Virus record (IMG/VR): IMGVR_UViG_3300012942_000073 | Location: 1 to 42,842 of that record | Reading direction: 5' to 3' (one strand) | Length of the DNA: 42,842 nucleotides | DNA from: a virus | Taxonomy: Duplodnaviria; Caudoviricetes | Part shown: positions 36,101-42,842 of the stretch, piece by piece | Position numbering within the stretch: position 1 is the stretch's first letter | Layout: each line of letters opens with the position of its first letter | Program-made: the position numbers and the translations under genes | Notes under the pieces: generated by a model | The model's input: the letters and a program-made list of their open reading frames with translations, nothing else | Database searches by the model: none | What the model was told of the DNA's origin: nothing

Positions 36101-36550
36101 GCGCTAGATACCGCGCCGGGCCTGACGACGCAGATGGGCGTGCGGCGCAACTGGGCCAGCTTCAGCGATGGCGACCTGGTCGAAGCCAGCGAGAACTTCC
36201 CGCTGGCCGTGCGGCAATCGATGCTGCGCGACTACCAGCAGGTGGCAAGCACGGCCACGCCGCTGGCCGGCGCGTATCGCCATGCGCTCTACGCGGCGCC
36301 GGTGGCCAGTTGCTTCGACCAGCAGGCCGACGGACAGGCCGAGATCGACCGTGTGGCCGCGCTCTACAGTGTGCCGCGCTGGTTCTACGCCGTGCCGGTG
36401 GAGCTCGAGGCGCTGCCTGGCATCGACCTCGGCCAGGTCTGGACGCTGGTCTACCCGAAGTACGGCCTGGCCGCCGGCAAGCCGGTGCTGGTGATCGACT
36501 TCGAGCCGGACCTGCTGGCCAACACCGCGAACATCATCCTGTGGGGCTGA
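33113..36550 (+). CDS. Large tail-tip protein with N-terminal SPRY-like and internal carbohydrate-binding-like domains
   Basis: GRWYAEL...GDIIGLLLD; PILLGACRNVP; LQNPSFED..NGW. Confidence 0.75.
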   Translation: MNYATFDPTELGAMLELEQSGTVLAVIDTADINRTALAIQPQATGRWYAELLVYGTGDLLASLGIAQDAASLATYVGGDANGYGYRMADGEIHNAGASVAGVTAGAKGDIIGLLLDLTTSVPTVGWYRNGQSLKTLPLDSTGPWMLAASLGGSEAYGLRCFLNAGQRAFEFAPDGVQGWFEPPPSLRGLKLASEDWLSDPADEVPNARYDGLLNGQDNELRAVRSLDFWPWQRGVKSGAMVLSALDAEGTFAELLSSDARDMPVRIGQITRGQTYADRVNLFSAVIDNVTAVDDLQVKLTCRDLLALLAVPLQRRLIRPDADPSSANQPWPILLGACRNVPCVLLDATTYTYAVADAPLLGVGFGRDSGYPYDPAAAPPDFTLSSSKTNIVLHAQPQGVVTIDASSVGGQQLPTPGDDILGGAGAPFTGDDGAAPTGWDDVGGDVPQATPVMNSGVLEFPLVQVAPTIYAKVPVYTSGAVGSIALELDWIDDAGNVVGSMTSVSVTGTHAWDDIDLIDTAPATAVTGRLRTPTNNHTAGVIRVGAIQAYYVRYGDHDAIDLQNPSFEDNMNGWSSTSPNWQIVEDKAWSGSKSIKYNGGAGSRCTNAGVAPVTAGQRISASCRISLDKPGGTNPYGALRITWLDAGNHEIGSSRSGSITHGDQGNFDLCSVSGSAPADGYAVIELEAGNGNGGAAGALFDAVQWDFVLEPAGGVRTQIDLGDLTQADRWQLGQNWTLQPAGANGPDGAAYAEHAPGPPGASTALVAVRAANVRQAVSYLGWAGISTAKIGAGKSYKVQITIPSLPADGMTYIALATGTTIDSALASWNKAGTYEVTITNTDGVDHSLYLLSIPLSAGGSIVPVPPQVSDIQVMTYDDTYTPDPRDTTPATLQAIKLSDYLHEVLDVRGAQAGVQWSLEDAQAIDTATGYAGLGVYLDGGETIAQALDMALASYTACKWADGTGKLRFTQLIDPASVAAGDRAGTIDLNAMGGDLVPALDTAPGLTTQMGVRRNWASFSDGDLVEASENFPLAVRQSMLRDYQQVASTATPLAGAYRHALYAAPVASCFDQQADGQAEIDRVAALYSVPRWFYAVPVELEALPGIDLGQVWTLVYPKYGLAAGKPVLVIDFEPDLLANTANIILWG

Positions 36551-36554
36551 CGCC

Positions 36555-37403
36555 ATGCTGATCTCGTACAACCGACCCGCGGACATCGCCTGGAGCCTGA
36601 TCGGCGACGGCTCTGCGTGGCTCAGCGACGACGCCGGCGCCGCGCTGACCAACGGCCGCCCGGCAGCGGCTTCGCGCCTGCAATGGCTCAGTGGCGACCA
36701 GACAACGGGCAGCGTGTTGATCCTGCGCGGCACCTGGGGCACCGCGTTCGCGCCGCGCCTGGTCGGCCTGGTCGGCCTGACCCTGCCGGTCGGCACGCTG
36801 ATCAGCCTTGCGTTCCGGCGCCCCGACGACGACGGCTACACGTACCTGGCCGATGAGCCCCAGCAGCGCGTGGTGCAGCTACCGGACGGCTCCCGGTGCG
36901 CCTGGTTCGTGCTGGACGACGGTCTGGATGCGGTGATCGGGCTGGAGTTCCACATCGCCAACGACGTGAACGGCGCGGCTTCGATCGCCGCCGGTGCGGC
37001 CGTGGATATCGGCGAGGCGTGGGTGGGGCCGACGGTGCTGGTGCCGCACGAGAAGGGCTGGCGCGACAGCAGCACGGATCCCAGTGTCACGCGGCGCAGC
37101 CTGGGGAGCCAGATTTTTACCAGCGCACGGCCGGCGTATCGAGCGCTGAAGGCCACGCTGGCATTCGCCAGCCTGGCGCAGGTGCGCGGCGGGGCGTTGG
37201 CGAACGGCATGGATTGGCAGTTGTTGCGAGGCGCATTGGCCGGCAATGCGCAGGTGGCAGGAGTGATGCGCTACGACTCGCCAGCGGAGATCCAGCGCAC
37301 GGCGATTTTCGGCGCTGGGACCATGGACGACATCAGCCAGTTGACCGGTCCCTATTACAGCAGTGCCATCACGCTGGCCGAGGCGCCCGCTGTGCCGGCG
37401 TAG
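36555..37403 (+). CDS. Tail protein
   Basis: Last gene of the tail operon; VDIGEAWVG motif. Confidence 0.65.
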   Translation: MLISYNRPADIAWSLIGDGSAWLSDDAGAALTNGRPAAASRLQWLSGDQTTGSVLILRGTWGTAFAPRLVGLVGLTLPVGTLISLAFRRPDDDGYTYLADEPQQRVVQLPDGSRCAWFVLDDGLDAVIGLEFHIANDVNGAASIAAGAAVDIGEAWVGPTVLVPHEKGWRDSSTDPSVTRRSLGSQIFTSARPAYRALKATLAFASLAQVRGGALANGMDWQLLRGALAGNAQVAGVMRYDSPAEIQRTAIFGAGTMDDISQLTGPYYSSAITLAEAPAVPA

Positions 37404-37411
37404 CGCGCGTC

Positions 37412-37446
37412 TTCCCCTTGATCCCCTCGCGGCGCCTGCACACGGT
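37412..37446 (+). promoter_or_regulatory. Putative late promoter 4 (lysis operon)
   Basis: TTCCCCTTGA-N17-CACACGGT. Confidence 0.7.
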
Positions 37447-37478
37447 GCAGGCATGGCCATTGCGAAGAAGTGGACGTC

Positions 37479-37754
37479 ATGACCGAGCCGCAGCAACACC
37501 GCCTGCGTGATTCCCTGCGCGTCGTCGCTGAGCTTCTAGCCGTAGGCGCCATCGGCTGGCTTGCCGCCACAGTGACGAGCCAGACCACGGCCATCGCGGT
37601 GTTGACGAACAACGTTCAGCAGCTCCATGACTCCCTGCAGGGCATTCCGGGCATGAGCGAGCAGATCACGACGCTGCGCGTGCAGGGCGCTGAACACGAC
37701 CGGCGCATCACCGCGCTGGAAAATGAAGTACGGACCCGAGGGTGGACGCGATGA
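37479..37754 (+). CDS. TM plus coiled-coil lysis-cassette protein
   Basis: One TM segment followed by a heptad pattern ending HDRRITALE. Confidence 0.65.
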   Translation: MTEPQQHRLRDSLRVVAELLAVGAIGWLAATVTSQTTAIAVLTNNVQQLHDSLQGIPGMSEQITTLRVQGAEHDRRITALENEVRTRGWTR

Positions 37755-38023
37755 AGTGGATCGATAATGCGCGGCTCTGGCATCGGCTCTGGTCCATGCG
37801 GCTGATGATCGCCACGACGACCTACAGCGCCGCCGCGGGCGCCTGGGCGGTCCTGCCGCCCGACTGGAAGCCGGACCTCAGTGAAACGGCGAAAGCGATC
37901 CTCGCCGGCATCGGCGTGCTGCTGCCGGCCGCCGGCGCAGTAGCGGTGCTGGTGAAGCAGGAATCGCTGGCCGCTGCCAAGCGGCCCGATGCCGCGCCTA
38001 CGGACGTGCCGCCCCATGACTGA
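37751..38023 (+). CDS. Putative holin
   Basis: MKWIDNARLWHRLWSMRL, two TM segments; precedes the endolysin. Confidence 0.7.
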   Translation: MKWIDNARLWHRLWSMRLMIATTTYSAAAGAWAVLPPDWKPDLSETAKAILAGIGVLLPAAGAVAVLVKQESLAAAKRPDAAPTDVPPHD

Positions 38024-38471
38024 CCTGTCGCCGCTAATGGCCCGGCTTAGGAGCGAGGAGAGCTTGCGCCTGCAGGCGTACGACGATGCCACAGGCAAAA
38101 TGATCCGGCCCGGCTCGCGCGTCATGGGCAACGTGACCATCGGTATAGGCATCAATCTCGGCCCAGGTGCCGGGATTACCGAGGCCGAGGCCGAATACCT
38201 GCTGCAGAACCGACTGCGTACTGCGGCAGCGGATGCCGCCACGCTCCCGGGTTTCAATGGCCTGGACGATGTGCGTCGCCTGGTGCTGATCGATATGGTG
38301 TTCAACATGGGCGCGCCGACCGTGCGGAAGTTCGCCGGCATGCTGGGCGCAATCCAGAACCACAACTACGCGGCCGCGGCCGCGGCGATGCTGGACAGCC
38401 TATGGGCTCGCCAAACGGGGGCGCGGGCACAGGCACTGGCCGAGATCATGCGCACGGGGGACTGGCAATGA
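38016..38471 (+). CDS. Endolysin, T4-like lysozyme (GH24)
   Basis: EESLRLQAYDD...TIGIG, DMVFNMG, MLDSLWARQT..RA. Confidence 0.9.
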   Translation: MTDLSPLMARLRSEESLRLQAYDDATGKMIRPGSRVMGNVTIGIGINLGPGAGITEAEAEYLLQNRLRTAAADAATLPGFNGLDDVRRLVLIDMVFNMGAPTVRKFAGMLGAIQNHNYAAAAAAMLDSLWARQTGARAQALAEIMRTGDWQ

Positions 38472-38782
38472 CCTGGCTGCTTACCCTCTGGTCGAAGACC
38501 AAGCTCTGGGCGCTCGCCCTTGCCGGCGTGCTGGCCGCCATCGGCTCCGCATGGCTCTACGGCCGTCACCGCGGCAAACAGGCCCAGCAGCAGGCCGACG
38601 CCGCTCGAGACGCGCAGGTGAACGCTCAGATAGCCCAGCAGGTCGCTCAGGCCCAGGAGGCCCGCAATGAAGTCGACGCTCAGGTTCAGGCACTTCCCGC
38701 CGCTCCGTCGCAACAAGTGGCGACGGCTGATCCCGGCACTGCTGCTGGCAAGCTGCGCGACGATGGGTGGATGCGCGACTAA
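38468..38782 (+). CDS. Rz-like inner spanin
   Basis: N-terminal TM, Gln/Ala coiled coil, C-terminal W.RD. Confidence 0.75.
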   Translation: MTWLLTLWSKTKLWALALAGVLAAIGSAWLYGRHRGKQAQQQADAARDAQVNAQIAQQVAQAQEARNEVDAQVQALPAAPSQQVATADPGTAAGKLRDDGWMRD

Positions 38783-38966
38783 GCCGATCGTTCGCACGGA
38801 CTTTTGCACCGGCTGGCGCCCTATCTGCGCCAGTACACAGGACGTCCTGACTGATGGGACGGCAAAGCAGATATTGGCCCACGATGAGCACGGCGTAACG
38901 ATGAAGTGCTGGGCCCGGACCGCGTGCAAACCGTCGACGCCAGGTAGTACCCGGCCGCTCCATTAG
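38667..38966 (+). CDS. Rz1-like outer spanin lipoprotein
   Basis: AGGAGG RBS, lipobox LASC/MGGC, overlapping Rz in another frame; DVLTDGTAKQILAH. Confidence 0.75.
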   Translation: MKSTLRFRHFPPLRRNKWRRLIPALLLASCATMGGCATKPIVRTDFCTGWRPICASTQDVLTDGTAKQILAHDEHGVTMKCWARTACKPSTPGSTRPLH

Positions 38967-39194
38967 CGGCCTCTCCCGATCACATTGCGCTTTTGGATTG
39001 CGCCACCAAGGCGCCGGCGGCCACGACTGTGCTCACCGCCGGCGCCTTGCTGCCATGCGCCGCATCTACATGCCTGAGACCGCCGCGGCAATATCGCTCG
39101 CTGTTTCCCCCGCACCCCCAATCCAGAAAACCCGGCCGCGTGTCAGCAAATAGAGGGGCGGGGGCGGCGCGGTGAGTCGTGTGATAGCCTCGGT

Positions 39195-39475
39195 CTATTG
39201 ATGCAACTGATTGATTCACTATCAATTTTCCTTACCGTGTCGCTGCCTGAAATTCCACGTTTTCAGGCCAAACTTCCACGTCATCGTTTATACATTACAC
39301 GCCGCCTATATCTTTCTTTCTTTCATAAGTAATTGAAGAAGAAGGAAGAAACAGGCATGCAAGGGAATATGCGGTTCCACGGAATGGAACAACCGTTCGA
39401 TCATGGGTTCCACGGTTTTTCCGGAACCTGAATGGGTTTCGTGGAATCCCATGGAACTGTAAGTCATTGACTAAA
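39195..39475. other. Origin-like AT-rich region with iterons and IHF-like sites
   Basis: TTCCACG at 39253, 39274, 39375 and 39408, inverted at 39440; YAANNNNTTGA boxes at 39204, 39326 and 39460. Confidence 0.55.
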
Positions 39476-39495
39476 TAGATATTGGGGCACACGGT
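39467..39495 (+). promoter_or_regulatory. Putative promoter 5 (Xer-like recombinase operon)
   Basis: TTGA-N17-CACACGGT, lacking the upstream TTCCCC. Confidence 0.6.
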
Positions 39496-39519
39496 CGGGC
39501 CAGTCCCACAAAAACCGGT

Positions 39520-40632
39520 GTGCGCTGCGTGTCCCCTACCCTCAATACCCCCGATTTCAATGGTCTGGTGAACGATTGGCTGATCTGGCTGCGCCAGAAT
39601 CGCGGGCGATCGGTGGCCACGGTCGACGCCTATCAGAGTGCGCTGGCCAGGTTGTCGCAATGGTGTCGGGAGCCTCCGACTGAGGCACATCTACAGGCGT
39701 CTACGCGGGATCCGCTGAGCCTGGGTCTGGAAGACCTGGAACGCTTCACCGGCATGATCTGCCACCATCAAGGTCTGAGTGCCCGATCGCGGCGCGTGGT
39801 GGTCTCGGCAGTCCGCGGCTTCTACGCCTGGGCCGCGGCGAAGCAAAAGGTGACGCACAACCCAGCCGCGCAATTGCCCTATCCGCGGGCCGGCCGGCGG
39901 CTGCCTCGTATCCTGGCGCTGGACAACGCCGACAAGCTGCTGAGGCAGCCCGACCTGGGCACGTTTCGCGGCCTCCGCGACGCCGCAGTGATGGCGATGC
40001 TGATGGGCACAGGCCTGCGCATCTCCGGTTTGGTGCAGCTCAATGAGTCGGCGCTCATTTGGACGGAGTTCGAGGGCCGGGACGAACTGGTGCTACGAGT
40101 GACGGAGAAGGGGGAGAAGGAACGCATGCTCCCCGTGCCACGCGAGGCGGCACTATTACTGCGCGCATATCTCGGGCATCCCGATTTGGCCGAGATCGAT
40201 CGCGCGCTCACCTCGGGCGATAGCGTGCTGTTCGTCTCGACACGCAACCACCTGGTGCCGCCCTGGGACTATCGCGGCGAGGCCCGGCGCCTGAGCGAGT
40301 ACGGCGTGCGGGATCTGTTGCACCGTCACGGGCGTCGCGCCGGCATCCCTGACGATCAGCTCAACCCCCACGCTGTCCGTCATCTCTACGGCACGGAGTT
40401 GGCCGAGAGCGACGTGGACCTGCTGCAACGCCAGTCGCTGCTGGGGCACGCCTCGCCCGATAGCACGGCGATCTACACGCACCTGGCGATGCGAAAGATG
40501 CGCGAGACCGTGCGCAAGTCGAACCCCTTGGGCAAGTTGCGCACGCCGCTCCTCGATGACCTGCGGCGACTGGATGCCGCCGCGCAGCCTCGACGCGTTT
40601 CCAGCGTCTCCACTGGGCCTGATAAATCATGA
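39520..40632 (+). CDS. XerC/D-like tyrosine recombinase (370 aa)
   Basis: SAM-like N-terminus, TGLRISG, EKGEKER, HAVRH, LGHA, IYTH. Confidence 0.9.
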   Translation: MRCVSPTLNTPDFNGLVNDWLIWLRQNRGRSVATVDAYQSALARLSQWCREPPTEAHLQASTRDPLSLGLEDLERFTGMICHHQGLSARSRRVVVSAVRGFYAWAAAKQKVTHNPAAQLPYPRAGRRLPRILALDNADKLLRQPDLGTFRGLRDAAVMAMLMGTGLRISGLVQLNESALIWTEFEGRDELVLRVTEKGEKERMLPVPREAALLLRAYLGHPDLAEIDRALTSGDSVLFVSTRNHLVPPWDYRGEARRLSEYGVRDLLHRHGRRAGIPDDQLNPHAVRHLYGTELAESDVDLLQRQSLLGHASPDSTAIYTHLAMRKMRETVRKSNPLGKLRTPLLDDLRRLDAAAQPRRVSSVSTGPDKS

Positions 40633-41291
40633 AGCCCGTAGCCCCCACCACCCCGAAACCGATACAGGGCGGTGCCTGCGCGACCTGCCATAAATCGCCT
40701 AAAAAGCGGGCAAAGTCAGTTGCTCCAGATAACTGCGCATACTCAGATAAAGCGCAGTTGGGAGCCGCCGCCACCACGATCCAACAAGGGCTTACCGGTG
40801 CTACGAACGGAGAGAAGCGCAGTTTGGGAAGCGGAATCGATCACAGTGGCGAATGCGAGCAGGTCTCGATCACAGGGGGTGGGGGGTCGGCAAGGCCGCC
40901 CCGCCGCTTGGCGGCGGGGGGTGGGTACCTGGATATCTGCAATGGGGCATCGACGCCGTTGGGCGCGCCGCTGGCGCCGGCGCCGGACCCGCGTTTGGCC
41001 GAGCTTCGCCGCGCCGGCCTGCCGCAGCCTTGGCCACGTGTGGCCGCGTCGCTGGGCTACGACACGTTTATGGAGGTCTGGCAGGCGTTGGCCACCGTCG
41101 ATGGCGCCGACAGCCGCCGTCGCGTAGTGCTGCCCAAGATCCAGCCCTATCTGCGGCACCAGCGGAATCTGCTGATCCGCTCCATGGGGAGCCAAGGCCT
41201 CAGCGCCGAAGAAATTCGGCGCCAGTTGCTCGAACGCGGCTGTGAAGCGCCGACCGTATCTCACATCAACAAACTGCTGGCCGAGGCCTAA
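40629..41291 (+). CDS. Putative Mor/C-like late transcription activator (true start may be downstream)
   Basis: C-terminal VAASLGYDTFMEVW...VVLP...RNLLIRSM..GLSAEEI...HINKLL resembles the Mu Mor/C layout. Confidence 0.55.
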   Translation: MKPVAPTTPKPIQGGACATCHKSPKKRAKSVAPDNCAYSDKAQLGAAATTIQQGLTGATNGEKRSLGSGIDHSGECEQVSITGGGGSARPPRRLAAGGGYLDICNGASTPLGAPLAPAPDPRLAELRRAGLPQPWPRVAASLGYDTFMEVWQALATVDGADSRRRVVLPKIQPYLRHQRNLLIRSMGSQGLSAEEIRRQLLERGCEAPTVSHINKLLAEA

Positions 41292-41298
41292 ATACCAG

Positions 41299-42842
41299 AT
41301 GGCCGACATCACCGCGATCATCTATGCACGCGTCAGCGACAGGAAGCAGTCCGAGCAGGACGTCTCCGTGCCGACGCAGATCGAAATCGGGCAGCGCAAA
41401 GCTTCCGAGCTGGGTGCCCGCGTGTTGCGCGTCTTCGTCGACGATGGCAAGAGCGCATGGAAGGAGCAGAACAGGCGCCAGTTCGAGGCTGCCGTGGACA
41501 TGGCCACTAGCATGGAGGCCACCTACTTCATCTGCTGGGACTCGGCACGATTTGCCCGCAACAAGTACGAGTCGATGATCAATAAGCGGCTGCTGGACGA
41601 TGCCGGCGTGGAGCTGGTCTATATCTCCACACCCATCGACCGGAACACGGACATGGGCTGGGCCATGGACGGTGTCCTGGAAATCTTCAACGAGTTGACC
41701 AGTCGACGGATCAGCGCCGACACCCGGCGATCGATGATGCGCAATGCACGGCTGGGCTACTGGGTTGGGGGGCGCGCGCCGTTCGGCTACACCTCGGAGC
41801 CTGCGCCGGACAATCCTAAGAGGCGGAAGCTGGCCCAGAACCCGGAAGAGGCGCCGCTGGTGTTGGAAATCTTCAGGCTACGCGGCGAGCGTCTACTGGG
41901 TGCCTTCCAGATTGCGGCGGCGCTGAACGCCAGGAAGTCGCTGCGTCGCGGCATGCCCTGGACGAAGCAGACGGTGCTCAACCTGCTGCGCAATCAGGCC
42001 GCGATCGGCAACATGGTCTTCGGCCATCGCAGCCGTTACCTGAAGGGCGACAAGGACAACATGATCGTGGTCCCCAGCCACGAGGGCATCGTGCCTCTGG
42101 CGTTGTGGGAGGCCGTGCAGGAAACGATGGATGAGGCGGCGGACATCACCAAGGCCTCCGGCTCGCCCAAGTCCACCCACGCATTCACCGGCATCCTGCG
42201 CTGCAAATGCGGCTCCAGCATGCAGATCGAGACCAGCCGCAGCGGCAGCGGAAAGATCTATTTCTACTACCGCTGCAAGCGGAGCATGCAAAACCGCGAA
42301 TGCGAACCGCGGCGCGTGCGGGCCGACCTACTGGACGATTGGCTGTCGGACTACATCCTGCAGAAGATCCTGAGCCGCTCAGCCATTGAGGAACTGGTGC
42401 GCCTGATGGAAGAGGAGGCGGGTAGTTGGGCCGTGGATCATCGCGTGCGCCGGAACCAGGTGCTGACCAGGATCAGCAAGCTGCAGGAATCGAACGAGCG
42501 GCTGTACTCCCTGTTGGAATTGCACGGGAAAGATGCACCGAACCTGGGCGACTTGACCCAGCGCCTACGCGGCAACAATGCAAAAGTGCGCCTGGCCGAG
42601 GCCGAGCTGGAGGCCATCGATGCGGAGCAGGCGCCTGTCTCGCTGGACCAGGGCGACGTAGATGACCTTGTCGAGTTCCTGCACGCCCAAATGAAAAGCG
42701 CGGACCACGCCAAGCGGGCCCGCGCCTTCTATAAGAACTTCATCTCCAGCGTCGTGCTGGATGGGGCTGAGTTGGTCATCAACTACAGCCCGTCAACCCT
42801 GTTGAGCCCGAAGGATGTGCAGAGTAGACAAACATGGCGCCC
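41299..42842 (+). CDS. Large serine integrase, no stop codon within the window
   Basis: IYARVSD catalytic Ser, DSARFAR, GGRAPFGY, zinc ribbon LRCKCG...YYRC, coiled coil; absent from the ORF track because it lacks a stop. Confidence 0.93.
   Translation, partial: MADITAIIYARVSDRKQSEQDVSVPTQIEIGQRKASELGARVLRVFVDDGKSAWKEQNRRQFEAAVDMATSMEATYFICWDSARFARNKYESMINKRLLDDAGVELVYISTPIDRNTDMGWAMDGVLEIFNELTSRRISADTRRSMMRNARLGYWVGGRAPFGYTSEPAPDNPKRRKLAQNPEEAPLVLEIFRLRGERLLGAFQIAAALNARKSLRRGMPWTKQTVLNLLRNQAAIGNMVFGHRSRYLKGDKDNMIVVPSHEGIVPLALWEAVQETMDEAADITKASGSPKSTHAFTGILRCKCGSSMQIETSRSGSGKIYFYYRCKRSMQNRECEPRRVRADLLDDWLSDYILQKILSRSAIEELVRLMEEEAGSWAVDHRVRRNQVLTRISKLQESNERLYSLLELHGKDAPNLGDLTQRLRGNNAKVRLAEAELEAIDAEQAPVSLDQGDVDDLVEFLHAQMKSADHAKRARAFYKNFISSVVLDGAELVINYSPSTLLSPKDVQSRQTWR
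42834..42842. repeat. att core, right copy (ATGGCGCCC)
   Basis: Identical to 1-9 and lies inside the 3' end of the serine integrase ORF. Confidence 0.75.

Larger units (their letters stand above)
1..42842. mobile_element. Complete temperate siphovirus prophage
   Basis: Immunity, replication, packaging, head, tail, lysis and integrase modules are all present, and the two ends carry the direct repeat ATGGCGCCC. Confidence 0.95.

Noticed and set aside
32058-37403. Remote DGR target in the tail genes
   Set aside because: No match by eye to the 3' TR segment GCTTGCGTCCGGGCGGTTCGGCGCGTG at the gene ends; a BLASTN of TR against the window and host would be definitive.
1-42842. tRNA or rRNA genes, and a transposable (Mu-type) lifestyle
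   Set aside because: No cloverleaf or rRNA sequence recognised; no DDE transposase or MuB-like gene, and the ends are not TG...CA.

Overview
The window is one apparently complete ~42.8 kb GC-rich temperate siphovirus prophage, bounded by a 9-bp direct repeat (ATGGCGCCC at 1-9 and 42834-42842). Order: CI-like repressor and Arc-like switch with three palindromic operators; CII-like regulator; a catalytic-domain-only tyrosine recombinase; many small early genes; a primase-helicase; a complete diversity-generating retroelement (DGR); terminase with an inserted XF1762/Mom-like gene; portal; head morphogenesis; a protease-scaffold-capsid fusion; a non-contractile tail containing a lipoprotein moron and a C4-type antisense RNA unit; a lysis cassette; an origin-like region; an XerC-like recombinase; a Mor/C-like activator; and a large serine integrase whose reading frame runs through the att site. 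Most striking is the DGR. It sits in the replication operon rather than the tail and diversifies two small stand-alone DUF1566 (CLec-fold) proteins with no export or virion signature. Its template repeat is in frame inside the 5' end of the RT ORF. Also notable are five copies of a TTGA-N17-CACACGGT promoter-like motif with inverted repeats over the -10 box, and three different site-specific recombinases. All family calls come from motif recognition by eye, not from database searches.
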